A DNA stretch of 63,460 nucleotides, filler included, from Octopus bimaculoides (Eukaryota): the NCBI RefSeq assembly GCF_001194135.2. It is 5 parts of 5 records of this genome, joined end to end, with 100 filler letters (N's around TTAATTAATTAA, not from the genome) between each part and the next. Parts side by side here need not be neighbours in the genome. Positions count along the whole stretch, not along the records: positions 21,246 to 45,351 come from NC_068999.1; 4 more parts are not named here. The stretch is one strand, 5' to 3'. The translations under genes and the position numbers were made by a program. Under the pieces are notes generated by a model that saw only the letters and a list, made by a program, of their open reading frames with translations, was not told the origin of the DNA and ran no database searches. This document shows, one piece after another, positions 24,017-36,607 of this stretch (positions within the stretch are counted from its first letter, which is position 1; each line of letters opens with the position of its first letter).

Positions 24017-24458
24017 CTGTACACGTTACGTCGTTTGTTTATTCATTTTTTCATTAATCAAGTAATGGAACCCAACTCACACCGAATTTGTATTAACAAG
24101 TAAGTATTTTTTATATATACCCCTGTGATTCTCTCTCTCTCTCTTGTCTTTATTCTTTCCCCTTTTCTTTTTCCACCCTGTCACTATTCTAGCTTTTCTA
24201 CTTACTCCTTTTCTCTCTCCCTCTCTTGTATTACCTAGCCTTTCTCCTTCCTCTACATCCACTTCCCCCTTTGTTTCTCTGTCGTTGCCTCTGCCTGCTG
24301 ATTTTCTCTTCTGCCTGCTGCTGTCATGTGACAGATATCTGTAAAAAATGTCTATTTGATGAGCATTGTTGTTTCATAACTTTCCTGATGAGATCGATGC
24401 ATAGCTGACCAAAATTCTTCATATCGTTCGTACTGTTAATGCATTCAATAAAACATAT

Positions 24459-24647
24459 GTAGAAGATGACTGTGTGGTAAGTAGCTTGCTTACCACATGG
24501 CACTTTGGGCAAATGTCTTCTACTATAGCCTCGGGCCGACCAAAGCCTTGTGAGTGGATTTGGTAGACGGAAACTGAAAGAAGGCCGTCGTATATACATG
24601 CATACATACATACATACAAATATATATACATATATATATATATATAN
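24459..24647 (+). mobile_element. SINE family B head running into a gap
   Basis: gactgtgtggtaagtagcttgcttacc...tttggtagacggaaactgaaagaag matches 47339 copy. Confidence 0.9.
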
Positions 24648-25071
24648 NNNNNNNNNNNNNNNNNNNNNNNNNNNNNNNNNNNNNNNNNNNNNNNNNNNNN
24701 NNNNNNNNNNNNNNNNNNNNNNNNNNNNNNNNNNNNNNNNNNNNNNNNNNNNNNNNNNNNNNNNNNNNNNNNNNNNNNNNNNNNNNNNNNNNNNNNNNNN
24801 NNNNNNNNNNNNNNNNNNNNNNNNNNNNNNNNNNNNNNNNNNNNNNNNNNNNNNNNNNNNNNNNNNNNNNNNNNNNNNNNNNNNNNNNNNNNNNNNNNNN
24901 NNNNNNNNNNNNNNNNNNNNNNNNNNNNNNNNNNNNNNNNNNNNNNNNNNNNNNNNNNNNNNNNNNNNNNNNNNNNNNNNNNNNNNNNNNNNNNNNNNNN
25001 NNNNNNNNNNNNNNNNNNNNNNNNNNNNNNNNNNNNNNNNNNNNNNNNNNNNNNNNNNNNNNNNNNNNNNN

Positions 25072-25146
<75 letters not shown>

Positions 25147-25879
25147 ATACACACATGAAGATCTATATCGTGGCAGATTGATTAACTGACAGATATTAAG
25201 ACGACGTATTAATTTACATTTATATCAAACATATAATTGAGAACATAATAGCCCTAACAACAACATTGGCAACGACAACAACAACAATGGTGGTGTTGAT
25301 ACTAGCGGCAACAACAAATACAATAATTACAAATAAGGAAGAGATTCACAAAAACACGGACAGCGTCATGAACAAGGAATATGCGCTGTTTAAAGACATT
25401 CGCACACTCTTATACCGTGAAATAAAGGCAGGATGATCACGACTGGAAGACCTTTTATTCTCAACTGCTCGTTCAGAACTTGCATAGAACTAAGCCATGG
25501 AATAATGAATTGATTGTTGCTGCATTCTTTGCTTAAAGATTTGCGCGGTCAAAAGTAGAATGGTGAGAGACGACAGCAACAAAATGTGTGTGCCTCTCTT
25601 TGTGCTTGTGTTTGTCTCCCGCCACTTCTTGACTGCCGGTGTTGGCTTTTTTATGTCCCCCATAACTTGTAATTCAGTAAAGGAGAGCGATAGAATGAGG
25701 ACCAAACTTTAAAAAAAAAAATAACGGGGTTAATTTGGCGATTTGTTCATTAAACACCTCAAGGTGATGTATCTGCTTTTAACCCTCATCCTTTAAATTT
25801 CAAGAAGTCATCAAATGTTTATAGTCCCTGATATTGTGATCATTTGTTACATAGGAATTAAGGATATGCATTCTCCCAA

Positions 25880-26567
25880 AGAGAACAGGCACTGCAAAGG
25901 TGTTGTGGGCAATATGCTAGTTGTAAGCTGAGAGTTCCGATGATAACATTCTCTTTACTCCCCTGAGGTATTCATTTCTGGTCCTCTTCTTATTCATGGG
26001 CTCATCATATCTGACATTCTCATCTTGTCCGAGATACCTATAATTTTCCCGTTTATTCTTAGGTTGTCAGAGAAGGCAGCAACTTTTGCCAGCTTTATCG
26101 TTAAAAATGCATATTTTAACTCGTCAAATTTCATCGTAATGTCTAAAAAAATTGGGTTATAATGTCCAATTGTTTTTTCATGCGGTTGATATTTGACCCA
26201 CACAGTTTCAAATCGTCGACAATGCAAAAACGGGAGATACTTTTGGATCCATTTCTCTAGTCACTGTTTTGTGAGCAGGTATGACAGTGAACTTAATTAG
26301 AGGACGAAAAGTAATACCGACAGACTGTCACCCTGAAAGATACTTTTTTCAGTGGTGAATGCTGTCTGAATCAATCTGCTCCTTATCACTCCTAAAGAGC
26401 AAAGTGGTGTACCAAGATTTGGTCAGGTGTTCAATAGTACTCACTAGTGGTTGAGGGACTTTGGCTGACAGTAAAGCCTTGATAATCCACTCATGTGGCA
26501 TTCTAGCACTCGAGCCACACTACAGTTGAGTTCCTGTGATTTATTCTGTTCCTTCTTGGATCATTTT
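25880..26567 (-). mobile_element. R4/Dong-type (RLE clade) LINE reverse transcriptase remnant
   Basis: PHEWIIKAL, GIFQGDSLSVLLFVL, IVDDLKL, YLGQDEN, SSELSAYN*HIAHNTFAVPVL with frameshifts and stops. Confidence 0.88.
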
Positions 26568-27201
26568 GTTAATTAGTAGCTGCTAATTGCATCCCCATAC
26601 CCCCTATGTATGTATGTATGTATGTATGTATGTATGTATGTATGTATATATGTATGTATGTATGTATGTACGAATGTATGTATGCATATATGTATGTATG
26701 TATGCATGCGTGCATGCTTATATGTAGGTATGTATATATGTATGCATTTATGCATGTATGTAGGCATGAATGTGCGTATGTATGTATGAATGTATGTACG
26801 TATGTATGTGTATGTATATACGTATGTATGTATGTATGTATGTATACAAAACTTCCCTCCACAGGTTCATGAAATGACCTTTTATCAACTGATGTTCCAG
26901 CTTCACTTCAATCAAATCCTTTTTGGTTTGAAAAATTAATGAAATCACATAGGTACAATTCTGCCTGTCGCTTTGGTACCATTATCTGGTTCACGAGGGA
27001 CTTTACCAAAGTGCACTTTGTGAGAACTGTTAGCCTGAGTTTGTGAATACATCCCTCTCCCTCCATTACACACCTTTCTAATCTTAGAGGCCATTAAAAA
27101 CGTTACGGTCATATACTTTGTTCTTTGAATATATCAAAAACAAAAAAGAAAGAAGCTATTACCTTTGATGTGTTTAATCTATAGTGATATCAGTGTTACT
27201 C

Positions 27202-27425
27202 TTGGGTTGGTGCATAATTATTGTGGAATTTTTTCAACAAATTTTATTCAACAAAACAATAACAACATGTAGCAAAAACAGCTTTAAATGATTAATCCGG
27301 AGCATATTCACCATCTACTTCAATTACTGTTTTCCATTTGCTTGGCAGACGGTCAGACCATTGTTATTGCTTGTATTGAATAAAATTTCTTGAAAAAAAG
27401 CCGCAATAATTATGCACCAACCCAA
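27202..27425. mobile_element. Mariner-derived MITE (Hsmar1/MADE-like TIR)
   Basis: ~65-bp TIRs starting ttgggttggtgcataattattg (first 22 bp identical); interior on the minus strand encodes DRLPSKWKTVIEVDGEYAPD*, a mariner C-terminus. Confidence 0.88.
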
Positions 27426-28115
27426 TAATTATATTTATTATTATTGTCTATAATCTAATACACAAGGTTTATTTAACCGTTCTGATACTGAGACGCGTGG
27501 GGTTGCCCTTTGTCCTATAATACAAACTTTCTCTTCTAAAGTGATATAAATTCACACATTCCATCAAACTTTCATGTTAATTTATGTGTGAAACACTGGC
27601 TTCATAGTGACAAAATTATTTAACTACATTCTACATATTTTCAAATCTAATTGAAATAAAGGCGGTGTATCTCAACAGAAATATAACAAAAAGGGCTCTT
27701 CTACATATTTAAACTGAATAATTGTATTAAATCTGCCATGCTTGGTGTGATTTAACTATTTCGTTATAAATATTTCATGAAGTTTTCCAGTACCATTTTT
27801 AAATTGAATATTTTGGTGACCGTGCATAAAGAAAAAAACTAGAACACATTTCAAATATTTTACTTTTCTATTTTAAAGATTGAGTTTAAACAGTTTTGAA
27901 AACAATATTATTGATTCCTCTTGCTTGTTGTTTTTAATGTATTAAGTGAGACAGCTTTATAATTAGAGGAATAATCTATAAGTTGATTACGGTAGATTTG
28001 CCGATTACTTGCTCTCTCTTTCTTTCTCTCTCTCTGTCTCTCTCTCTCTCTCTTTCTCTCTCTTTCACTCACACATGCAGACACACACATACGGATAGAT
28101 AGCTAGATAGATAGC

Positions 28116-28185
<70 letters not shown>

Positions 28186-28389
28186 TCTTGAGGAGAAGAT
28201 GCTTAGCGCCTTCGCCAGCAGAGTGATGGTGGTACCATGTACATTGAAAAAGAAATTAAAGTCCGCTAGGAGAGTCAATGTCGTATTTAAACGTAGTCGT
28301 GAGCGAAAGTCCACGATTAGGACCTGTTTCTGTTTCTCAAATGTTTAACACAATCGCATATTGGATAAATCAGTAAGACAGCCTTCCTA

Positions 28390-28520
28390 TCGATGCTGGT
28401 CCGAGTCCCATATGTAATGAGGAAACAGAGACTACTTTGCATTGTACGACAGTGGCAGACACTGTAGCGCACCGACGCTGGCTTTTACTTTTAAAAGGAG
28501 GGGGAAGTCAACCGGTAGTT
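28390..28520 (+). mobile_element. Possible L1/Tx1 3' zinc-finger remnant
   Basis: PICNEETETTLHC...VA.RRW resembles the CxxCxxxxETxxH motif of L1/Tx1 ORF2. Confidence 0.35.
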
Positions 28521-28572
28521 GGCACATTAGACAATTTAATTCACGACGCTACTCTTCAAAAGTAGCTGTATG

Positions 28573-28604
<32 letters not shown>

Positions 28605-28853
28605 TCTATTTGTCTGTGTATATATATCTGTATATCTATCTATCTATCTATGTATCTATCTATCTATCTATCTATCTATTTAAGTTCGAAACGCGTCCAT
28701 AATTAATCAGCCTTATTGATTCATTATTCTTATTTTGCTTGCCTACGATAAAGCGTTTCGGAGATTTTAAGGTAGTAAAAGAGACTTTAACGTCTATCTC
28801 TTACGGTGCGTGGTGAGGCATAAAGGCGACTCCTTGTTATAACTATGTATATA

Positions 28854-28897
<44 letters not shown>

Positions 28898-29587
28898 TCA
28901 TTTATTCGTTCCAGCCATGCAGCTGCTGTCATGCTGGAGTACTACCGTAATTTTGTACTTTTACTCATTCCCTTCAGCTGATTTCCTCAGGATGGTGGAG
29001 TTTCACATGACACACACACACACGCATGTTTATATGTATGTGTGTGTTTATTTTCACAGATATGCAGCTTGTAGAAGAAGTAATGTTCGTATCATGCAAG
29101 TGATACCACTACTTTTTCTGTCTTTGTGGTTCCGGGTTCATTCCTTCTGCGTGGCAGCTTCGGCAAATGTCTTGTACTATACCCGCAGGTCAATTAAATA
29201 CTTGTGAGTGGATTTGTTAGACGGAAACTGAAATAAGCCCATCGTATATATATATATANNNNNNNNNNAAAGATAGATAGATAGACAGATAGATAAATAG
29301 ATAGATATACACATGCATATACACATACACATGTTCACGTTCGCGCAAGCAAACGCATATATACACACTAACACGCTTTGCAGAGAGAAGTTCAGCTAAC
29401 TGGAGTAGCGAAACACCTGCGGTTAGGCAGAAATAAAATGGCGACTTTCAAAAGAAACTACCAATTAATTGTTTATTGCATAGAAATGAAAATGAAATCC
29501 TATCCGTACAAGAGAAAACGATTTACACATTACTAACAACGAAAATCTTACACAAATACATATAGGACACAGTCTCTCACACATTTC

Positions 29588-29630
<43 letters not shown>

Positions 29631-30257
29631 CCCCATCCTCCTCTTCCTCGTCCTCCTTCTCTCTCTCTCTCTCTCAATTATCTTTCTATTCATCTGTCTG
29701 TCTGCCTGTCTGTTTATGTTCCTTTCGGTATGTCTGTTTTGTATATCTATATGTCGATCTATATATCATGCACGAATACACATATACACACTCCTTCACA
29801 CTCACCTATACTTGCACAATATATACCTAAAATACATATGTACACCCATCTTTGTATCCTATCCATATATCTATGCGCACGTGCGTGTGTGTGAATGCAT
29901 GTGCCTGAGAATGCTTGTGTATGTGTGTGTGTGTGTGTGTCTGTAGGCACATAATTATTTGTCATGCATGCATATATATGTACGTACGTATGTATGTATG
30001 TATGTATGTATGTATGTATGCATGTATGTACGCATGCATGTATGTACGTATGTATGTATGTACGTATGTATGTATGTATGTACGTATGTATGTATGTATG
30101 TATGTACGTATGTATGTACGTATTATGTCTGTAAGTATATACTCATCGATAGCGCAATGAATATGAAGCTGCATACATGTTTGCACACGCACAGACCTAC
30201 ATGCAATGTATATACATGTATCATAAGCGTATATGCATGTACGCAGTTATACGTATG

Positions 30258-30313
<56 letters not shown>

Positions 30314-30659
30314 AACGTTAAGTAATAAAATTTTATAGTTGTCATGGTTGTAGTAAAATTATATTTTTACCTTTATTTAATTATCTCCCTTTCGTCTAAG
30401 TAGTCTGCTGCTGTTTGGCAAAGGTAAAGTTATTATCATCCACACAAAACCTGCAGGGTAGTTTCTGGAAAAAAATAAAACAATGAAAGATTAGAATTTC
30501 AAAAGACCTGAACATAAACATTTCAGACCTATCTCTTGTTTGATTATTTATTCAGTGTTTAACTCAGCATTTGTTCTTTTCATAAGAAATGTTTTGAAAG
30601 TAATTAGCTAAATATGAATAGTAATTTAATAAGCTAATTAAAATTTGAGTTTTTTATTA

Positions 30660-30870
30660 TCAGGATGGATAGCATGTCACGAAAGCTGCTTTTGCAGAAT
30701 TTAGGTGCAGCTTTTTACGTTGTGAGTTCAAATCTCAATTAGATTAGCTTTTCCTCTCATTCTTTCGGGGTCGGCAAAGTAAAGTACCAATGTAGCACTG
30801 AGGGTGACGTAATCCAATTGTCCTCGATGCCTAAAGAATTACTGAACTTGTGTCAAAATACTAAACCATT
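30660..30870 (+). mobile_element. SINE family A copy (decayed)
   Basis: gagttcaaat, tctttcggggtcggc, aagtacca landmarks. Confidence 0.7.
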
Positions 30871-31239
30871 ATTATTGTCGGTAGTCAGGCAAGACATGCT
30901 CAACTTTGGCTCTGAGAATGTTTACAGAATATCGACTATTTTGTCAGGAAAGACCTTTGTTATTGGAAAACATTTTGAATAGACAAATACTGCAAAAACC
31001 AGTTGGATCTGGATGAATCTCGTTTCGTTATATGATTAACCTCAAGGGGTAGTCTGATCGTGTTTGAATGTTGAATTTATGCTATGTTGATTTGTTTTAT
31101 TACAATGTTTTAGAAGAACAATTGATAGCAGAATAATGTTTGCGAGAGAGTCACTCAGCAAAGAGAGAGGTAGAGAAAGCGCACAAATAGATCGAGGGTG
31201 GATAGAGTACGACAGACAACAAAAACTGGTAGCTTAACT

Positions 31240-31500
31240 CTGGGGATCACAAGGTGATGCCTACATTTTTGGACTCCGACAGAAAGAAGGTAGTCCTGAA
31301 TATGATAGGTAGCGAAGGTGGCACCTTTAGACTAGGGCTGTCTATACCATGACAGGGGCATGACGGCCAAATTTCTCCAGACTGCGAGATGCTTTCCTAG
31401 CAACAACTCGATCACTAGTACTTGTGGGGACTGGAACTGTAATTTAGGCACACACTAGTACCGTGGGGCTACCGTGTAGGCTAACATTCCACCTGTCCTA
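31240..31500 (+). mobile_element. L1/Tx1-type AP-endonuclease remnant
   Basis: GSEGGTFRL..VY.P and AFLATTRSLVLVG/DWNCNL (GDxN motif with a 1-nt deletion). Confidence 0.6.
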
Positions 31501-32246
31501 CAACACCAGATTTCTAAATTTTATTGACACCCAAAAACAGAATTGTGCTGTATAGAAGACACTGAGACAAGGGGCAGGAAACTGAGGATGCAGAGCAGAA
31601 AATCTAGCTGTTATACTTGTCGAAATTAAATACAGCTTAGAGATGAATGTCTTGAAGAACTGGGAAGATTATGCAGAAACAAGGAAAACAAAATAATGGA
31701 GATATAAACAAAGGTGATTCAAATCAACAGCAGCAACTAAAAGGGCAGCAAACCCCTATTTTCAGAGAATCACCAGCCAGAACTCTGGGATAGCAAAGGA
31801 AATATCATTAGACCCAGTATCTTCATTCAAAATAGTACCAACTTGTAGTATCACAACTTCATCGTGTGAAGAGAAGGAATAGGTCAGAAATAAATACAAA
31901 AAGCTGAAAAAACATCACAAAAATGAAACAGTTCAAAATAACGAAAAGAAGTGAGAAGGAACTATTCCTCTAAAGGGCAACAAAATTATTCCTCATGAAA
32001 ATAACGAAGAAAATGCTGGGGAAGAAAATGGTCTAAGATTCACCGCTCTTCAAAAGTCAAACAGACATTTCATACACAAATTTGCGTATCTATAGAGTCA
32101 TAGAATTTCAGAAGAAACTTTGGATTTAAAGCACACTTGAAAGATAAATTGTTCTTATGTGAAAATTAGGACATTATATCAAACTTAAAACACATATTTA
32201 AAAGATGTTGGCGCTTTTCAACATCGAGTATATCAAAAATGCTTAC

Positions 32247-32324
32247 TGGTGTATTTGGATGCACTCGAGCACAGTTTGAGAAGTACGAGCACACTGAACA
32301 TCGTCATCGAGTACTCAGTTAAAC
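32247..32324 (-). CDS. Candidate exon encoding a signal-peptide-like start
   Basis: tttctctag acceptor and A|GTAAGC donor; 78 nt, phase 1-1; only open frame LTEYSMTMFSVLVLLKLCSSASKYT (ATG 32307-32305). Confidence 0.3.
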
Positions 32325-32410
32325 CTAGAGAAATATTTCAAGTTTTATTCCTTTAAATATAAATAATGTTTAATTATTACGATTTATTGTAATTTTTTAT
32401 TCATTTCCAT

Positions 32411-32680
32411 GAAGTTGCGTGACCTAGTGGTTAGAGTATTTGGCTCATGAGATCGATTCCTGGTGGCAAGTTATGTCCTTCAGCAAGACGCTTTAATTTT
32501 ACATTACTCCAGTCCACGCAGCTGGCAAAATTAGTAGTACCTGTAATTCAAAGGGCCAGCCTTGTCACATTCTTTGTCATGCTGAATCTCCCTGAGAACT
32601 GTGTTAAGGGTACGCGTGTCTGTGAAGTGCTCAGCCACTTGTACGTTAATTTCACGAGCAGGCTGAGAACCCGCGTCATT
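32411..32680 (+). mobile_element. SINE family C-related copy
   Basis: tRNA-like head gtgacctagtggttagag...cgattcctgg and core gtacctgtaattcaaagggccagccttgtcac...tcacgagcagg. Confidence 0.8.
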
Positions 32681-32856
32681 GTAACCAACAGATTACCAGT
32701 ACCATAGTTATTTCCGTACAAATGTGTATGTATACATATTTAAGCACGTATGGATGGATATCTGTGCGCATGTGTAGATGTCTCCCTCATGTGTGTGTCT
32801 CTCTCCTCACACACACACACACACACTGAAATATATACATGCACAATGCATACGCA

Positions 32857-33727
32857 CGAAGTCTGATCAATAAGTATCCGGACGGTTGCTATAGTAACGA
32901 AGCTAAAGAGCGCAGAGTAAAGCCGCTTGGCATAGATTGACCGTGGACTCTGCTGTTCATGGGCACTAAATTTTAACGTTCTAGCCCACTTCCGCTGTTT
33001 ACAGCAGTGCTAGCAAGGAAAGTGTGTAGCGTGTGATCGCCGCATTGACGAGCACAGGGAACGTTGTCATGGCGGTACCTGCTCAGAGGCCTACTCAAAG
33101 TTGCAGGAAGTGTACGGAGAGGAGTGTATGAGCAGCACACAATTGTACGAGTGGTTCAGGTGTTTCTAAGAATGGCGAAACCATGTTGATATTGACGAAC
33201 GTTCTGGGAGACCGGCAACCAGCATAACTGAAAAGAACATCGCAGATGTGCGTGCAGCTGTGAGGGGAAATCGTCGAATCGCCATCCGTGAGTTATCAGA
33301 GTATGTGCAGTCCATTATCACTGAAGATTTGGATATGAGACGCGTGTCTGCCAAGTTTGTGCAAAAGCTGCTTTCAGCTGACCAAAAAGACACTCAAGTT
33401 TCAGATGTACAAAATCTTAATTGTGCCGAGAACGATGAAAACTTTTTGAAAGCTTTGCGTCGGCCTTTCAGTAGGTATTACCAAGCTTTTGACAAGATTT
33501 CATACAGATTGTCTGCTGAACTTTCTCTGTCATGTTCAATGCGACGATCACACGCTACACACGTTCCTTCGAAGCACTGCTGTAAACATCAGATGTGAGC
33601 TAGAACGTTAAAGCTTAGTGCACATGCACAGCAGTGTTTACGGTCAATGTGTGCTAAACGGCTTTACTGTCCATGCTTTAGCTTTGATACTATAGCAACA
33701 GTCCGGATATTTATTGATCAGATTATA
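32857..33727. mobile_element. Non-autonomous mariner made of two inverted 5' ends
   Basis: + strand N-terminal HTH (TCSEAYSKLQEVYGEECMS..YEWF..SGRP..RRVSAKFV) up to ~33451; 33453-33727 is the reverse complement of the 5' end including MTEKVQQTICMKSCQKLG. Confidence 0.88.
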
Positions 33728-33899
33728 TGCATACATATGTGCGTGTGCTCGTGTATGTACTTATGTATGTGTGCTCCTTTAAATTTATTCATATATTGTA
33801 TAACGCCGCTTATTTTTTTCTCTTTGAAATTTGTAAAATTGTTTCCTTTCACAGTCCTTGTTATCCTTTCTTTCTTTGTAACCCAGTAAACGATTTCTA

Positions 33900-34200
33900 C
33901 CCTCATGGCTAACAAAGAAAACCTACTACCGGTGCTACTACTATTTACGGGGACGTAAACAAAACAACACGGGGTGTCAGAAGCGATGGTGGGGAAACAA
34001 ACAGAAATAGAGACAGACGCAGGCGTGGCTGTGTGATAAGAAGCTAGACTCCCAGCCACAGGGTTTCGGGTTCTGTCCCACTGCATGGCATCTTGGGCAA
34101 GTGTCGGTCCGGGCTATAGTAGAAGCCTAAACTACTGCACAGCTGGATTGAAACCAAAACCACGTGGTTGCGAAATTAGCTTCTTAACTACAAACCCGTA
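33900..34200 (-). mobile_element. SINE family B copy (decayed)
   Basis: tttacggggacgtaaac..acacgg tail and cttcttaactaca head landmarks in reverse complement. Confidence 0.65.
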
Positions 34201-35298
34201 CCTGTGTGTATAAATGAAGTCCTTCATGACACTCATCTGATTCGAACATGCAACTTTCTGACTGCACTACCGTTGCGCCGCTGCAACTTTGTTTTTTTGG
34301 CATTTTTTTTATGTGAATGTCATGTGACTTTTGGTTTGTTGCGAATTTTGTTTCCGTTGCCTTTGTTACTTCAATGTCTCATCTGCTTCTATTATGTCGA
34401 CCATGTGATATATGTCGTTCACTTTTGAGGCAATGTTAGAGTTAAGTGTTTTAGTCTGTGTGTGTGTATTTGTGTGTGTGTGTGTGGGGGGGGGGTTGTG
34501 AGGATTGTATTTCATTAATTGATGATATTTACCTTCAATTAAACAGGGTTATCGCTGCATATATGCAGATTTGTTTACTTACTCTATAAGAACTTGTCAC
34601 AGTACATTTAGAATACAAACGACCATATTTGATATTCTCATTTAGATAGTATCAATCTGACTATCAATCTATTTATCTATCTATCGATCTACCTACCTAC
34701 CTACCTACCTACCTACCTACTTGCCGAACTATCTCTCTGTCTGCCTACCTATGAATCTAGCTAGCTATATATATANNNNNNNNNNNNNNNNNNNNNNNNN
34801 NNNNNNNNNNNNNNNNNNNNNNNNNNNNNNNNNNNNNNNNNNNNNNNNNNNNNNNNNNNNNNNNNNNNNNNNNNNNNNNNNNNNNNNNNNNNNNNNNNNN
34901 NNNNNNNNNNNNNNNNNNNNNNNNNNNNNNNNNNNNNNNNNNNNNNNNNNNNNNNNNNNNNNNNNNNNNNNNNNNNNNNNNNNNNNNNNNNNNNNNNNNN
35001 NNNNNNNNNNNNNNNNNNNNNNNNNNNNNNNNNNNNNNNNNNNNNNNNNNNNNNNNNNNNNNNNNNNNNNNNNNNNNNNNNNNNNNNNNNNNNNNNNNNN
35101 NNNNNNNNNNNNNNNNNNNNNNTTAGATATATCCGTTATATTAGACAAAATGCATGGTTAAGTGGACATCTGTTTTTAAGAATATACATGTCTTAAGCTT
35201 CAACACACTGCAAACCGAATTATTGGCAGGGCTCATTCAACATTTATGCGTTTTATTTATTTATTTGTATATTTCCATGTTTATTATTATTATTATTA

Positions 35299-35354
<56 letters not shown>

Positions 35355-35405
35355 GTTTCAATTTTATTTCCATTTCTTTTTCGAATGCCTTCCCGACATC
35401 TAGGG

Positions 35406-35467
<62 letters not shown>

Positions 35468-35489
35468 TCATTATTATTATTATCAGTAG

Positions 35490-35814
35490 TAGTCATTGAA
35501 GAAAAAAAGACAAAATTGAACAATTGCTATGAATTGAAGTAGGAGATGCGCAGGTTGTGGGCAATGGAGAAAGTGGACCTGTTACAATAGTAGTTGGTGC
35601 GTTTGGAAGCATCAGCACCCAGGAATCAACGTGGCCCCAAAAGATTGGAACAGATGTAAAGTTAGAACACCTATAAAAATCTCCATTATTTGGAACTGCA
35701 GGAGTTCTCCATAAGGTTCTTCAAGCATCGTCAGTAAACAAGTGTTACCTGCGGGCAGCTGATACTTTTCATCATACCCAGCAGAATAAAGCTCAGAGGT
35801 TTTATGATATTGTA

Positions 35815-35886
<72 letters not shown>
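35490..35886 (+). mobile_element. R4/Dong-type LINE 3' end (RLE C-terminus) with (TAA)n tail
   Basis: EEKKTK...ELK*EMRRLW....VTIVVGAFG....KSPLFGTAGVLHKVL; tail (TAA)n 35813-35886. Confidence 0.8.
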
Positions 35887-35889
<3 letters not shown>

Positions 35890-36571
35890 GTAATCTCATT
35901 CTTATTGCGTCAATGTACTTTCGCATCTCTTCCTTAAGACTTTGGTAAGATCAGAATGTCTCATGCTGATTTGTTAATCTCCAAGAGTTTAGGCGAGTGC
36001 CAGAGTNNNNNNNNNNNNNNNNNNNNNNNNNNNNNNNNNNNNNNNNNNNNNNNNNNNNNNNNNNNNNNNNNNNNNNNNNNNNNNNNNNNNNNNNNNNNNN
36101 NNNNNNNNNNNNNNNNNNNNNNNNNNNNNNNNNNNNNNNNNNNNNNNNNNNNNNNNNNNNNNNNNNNNNNNNNNNNNNNNNNNNNNNNNNNNNNNNNNNN
36201 NNNNNNNNNNNNNNNNNNNNNNNNNNNNNNNNNNNNNNNNNNNNNNNNNNNNNNNNNNNNNNNNNNNNNNNNNNNNNNNNNNNNNNNNNNNNNNNNNNNN
36301 NNNNNNNNNNNNNNNNNNNNNNNNNNNNNNNNNNNNNNNNNNNNNNNNNNNNNNNNNNNNNNNNATATATATATATATATATATACACCTATATGGGTGG
36401 GTGGGTGTGCGTGTATTCATTCACTACAGGAGATGAAATCTGTAACTGTGACTTCATTGTAGTGATGCAGGAGCATCCATCAAATAAATTTACAACCAGT
36501 GTCTAACATCATCATATACACGTACAAACATACATACACATATACGCACACGCACACACACACACACACAC

Positions 36572-36607
<36 letters not shown>

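Noticed and set aside
31560-32100. Purine-rich, coding-looking stretch after the Tx1 endonuclease remnant
   Set aside because: All frames interrupted and no assignable motif
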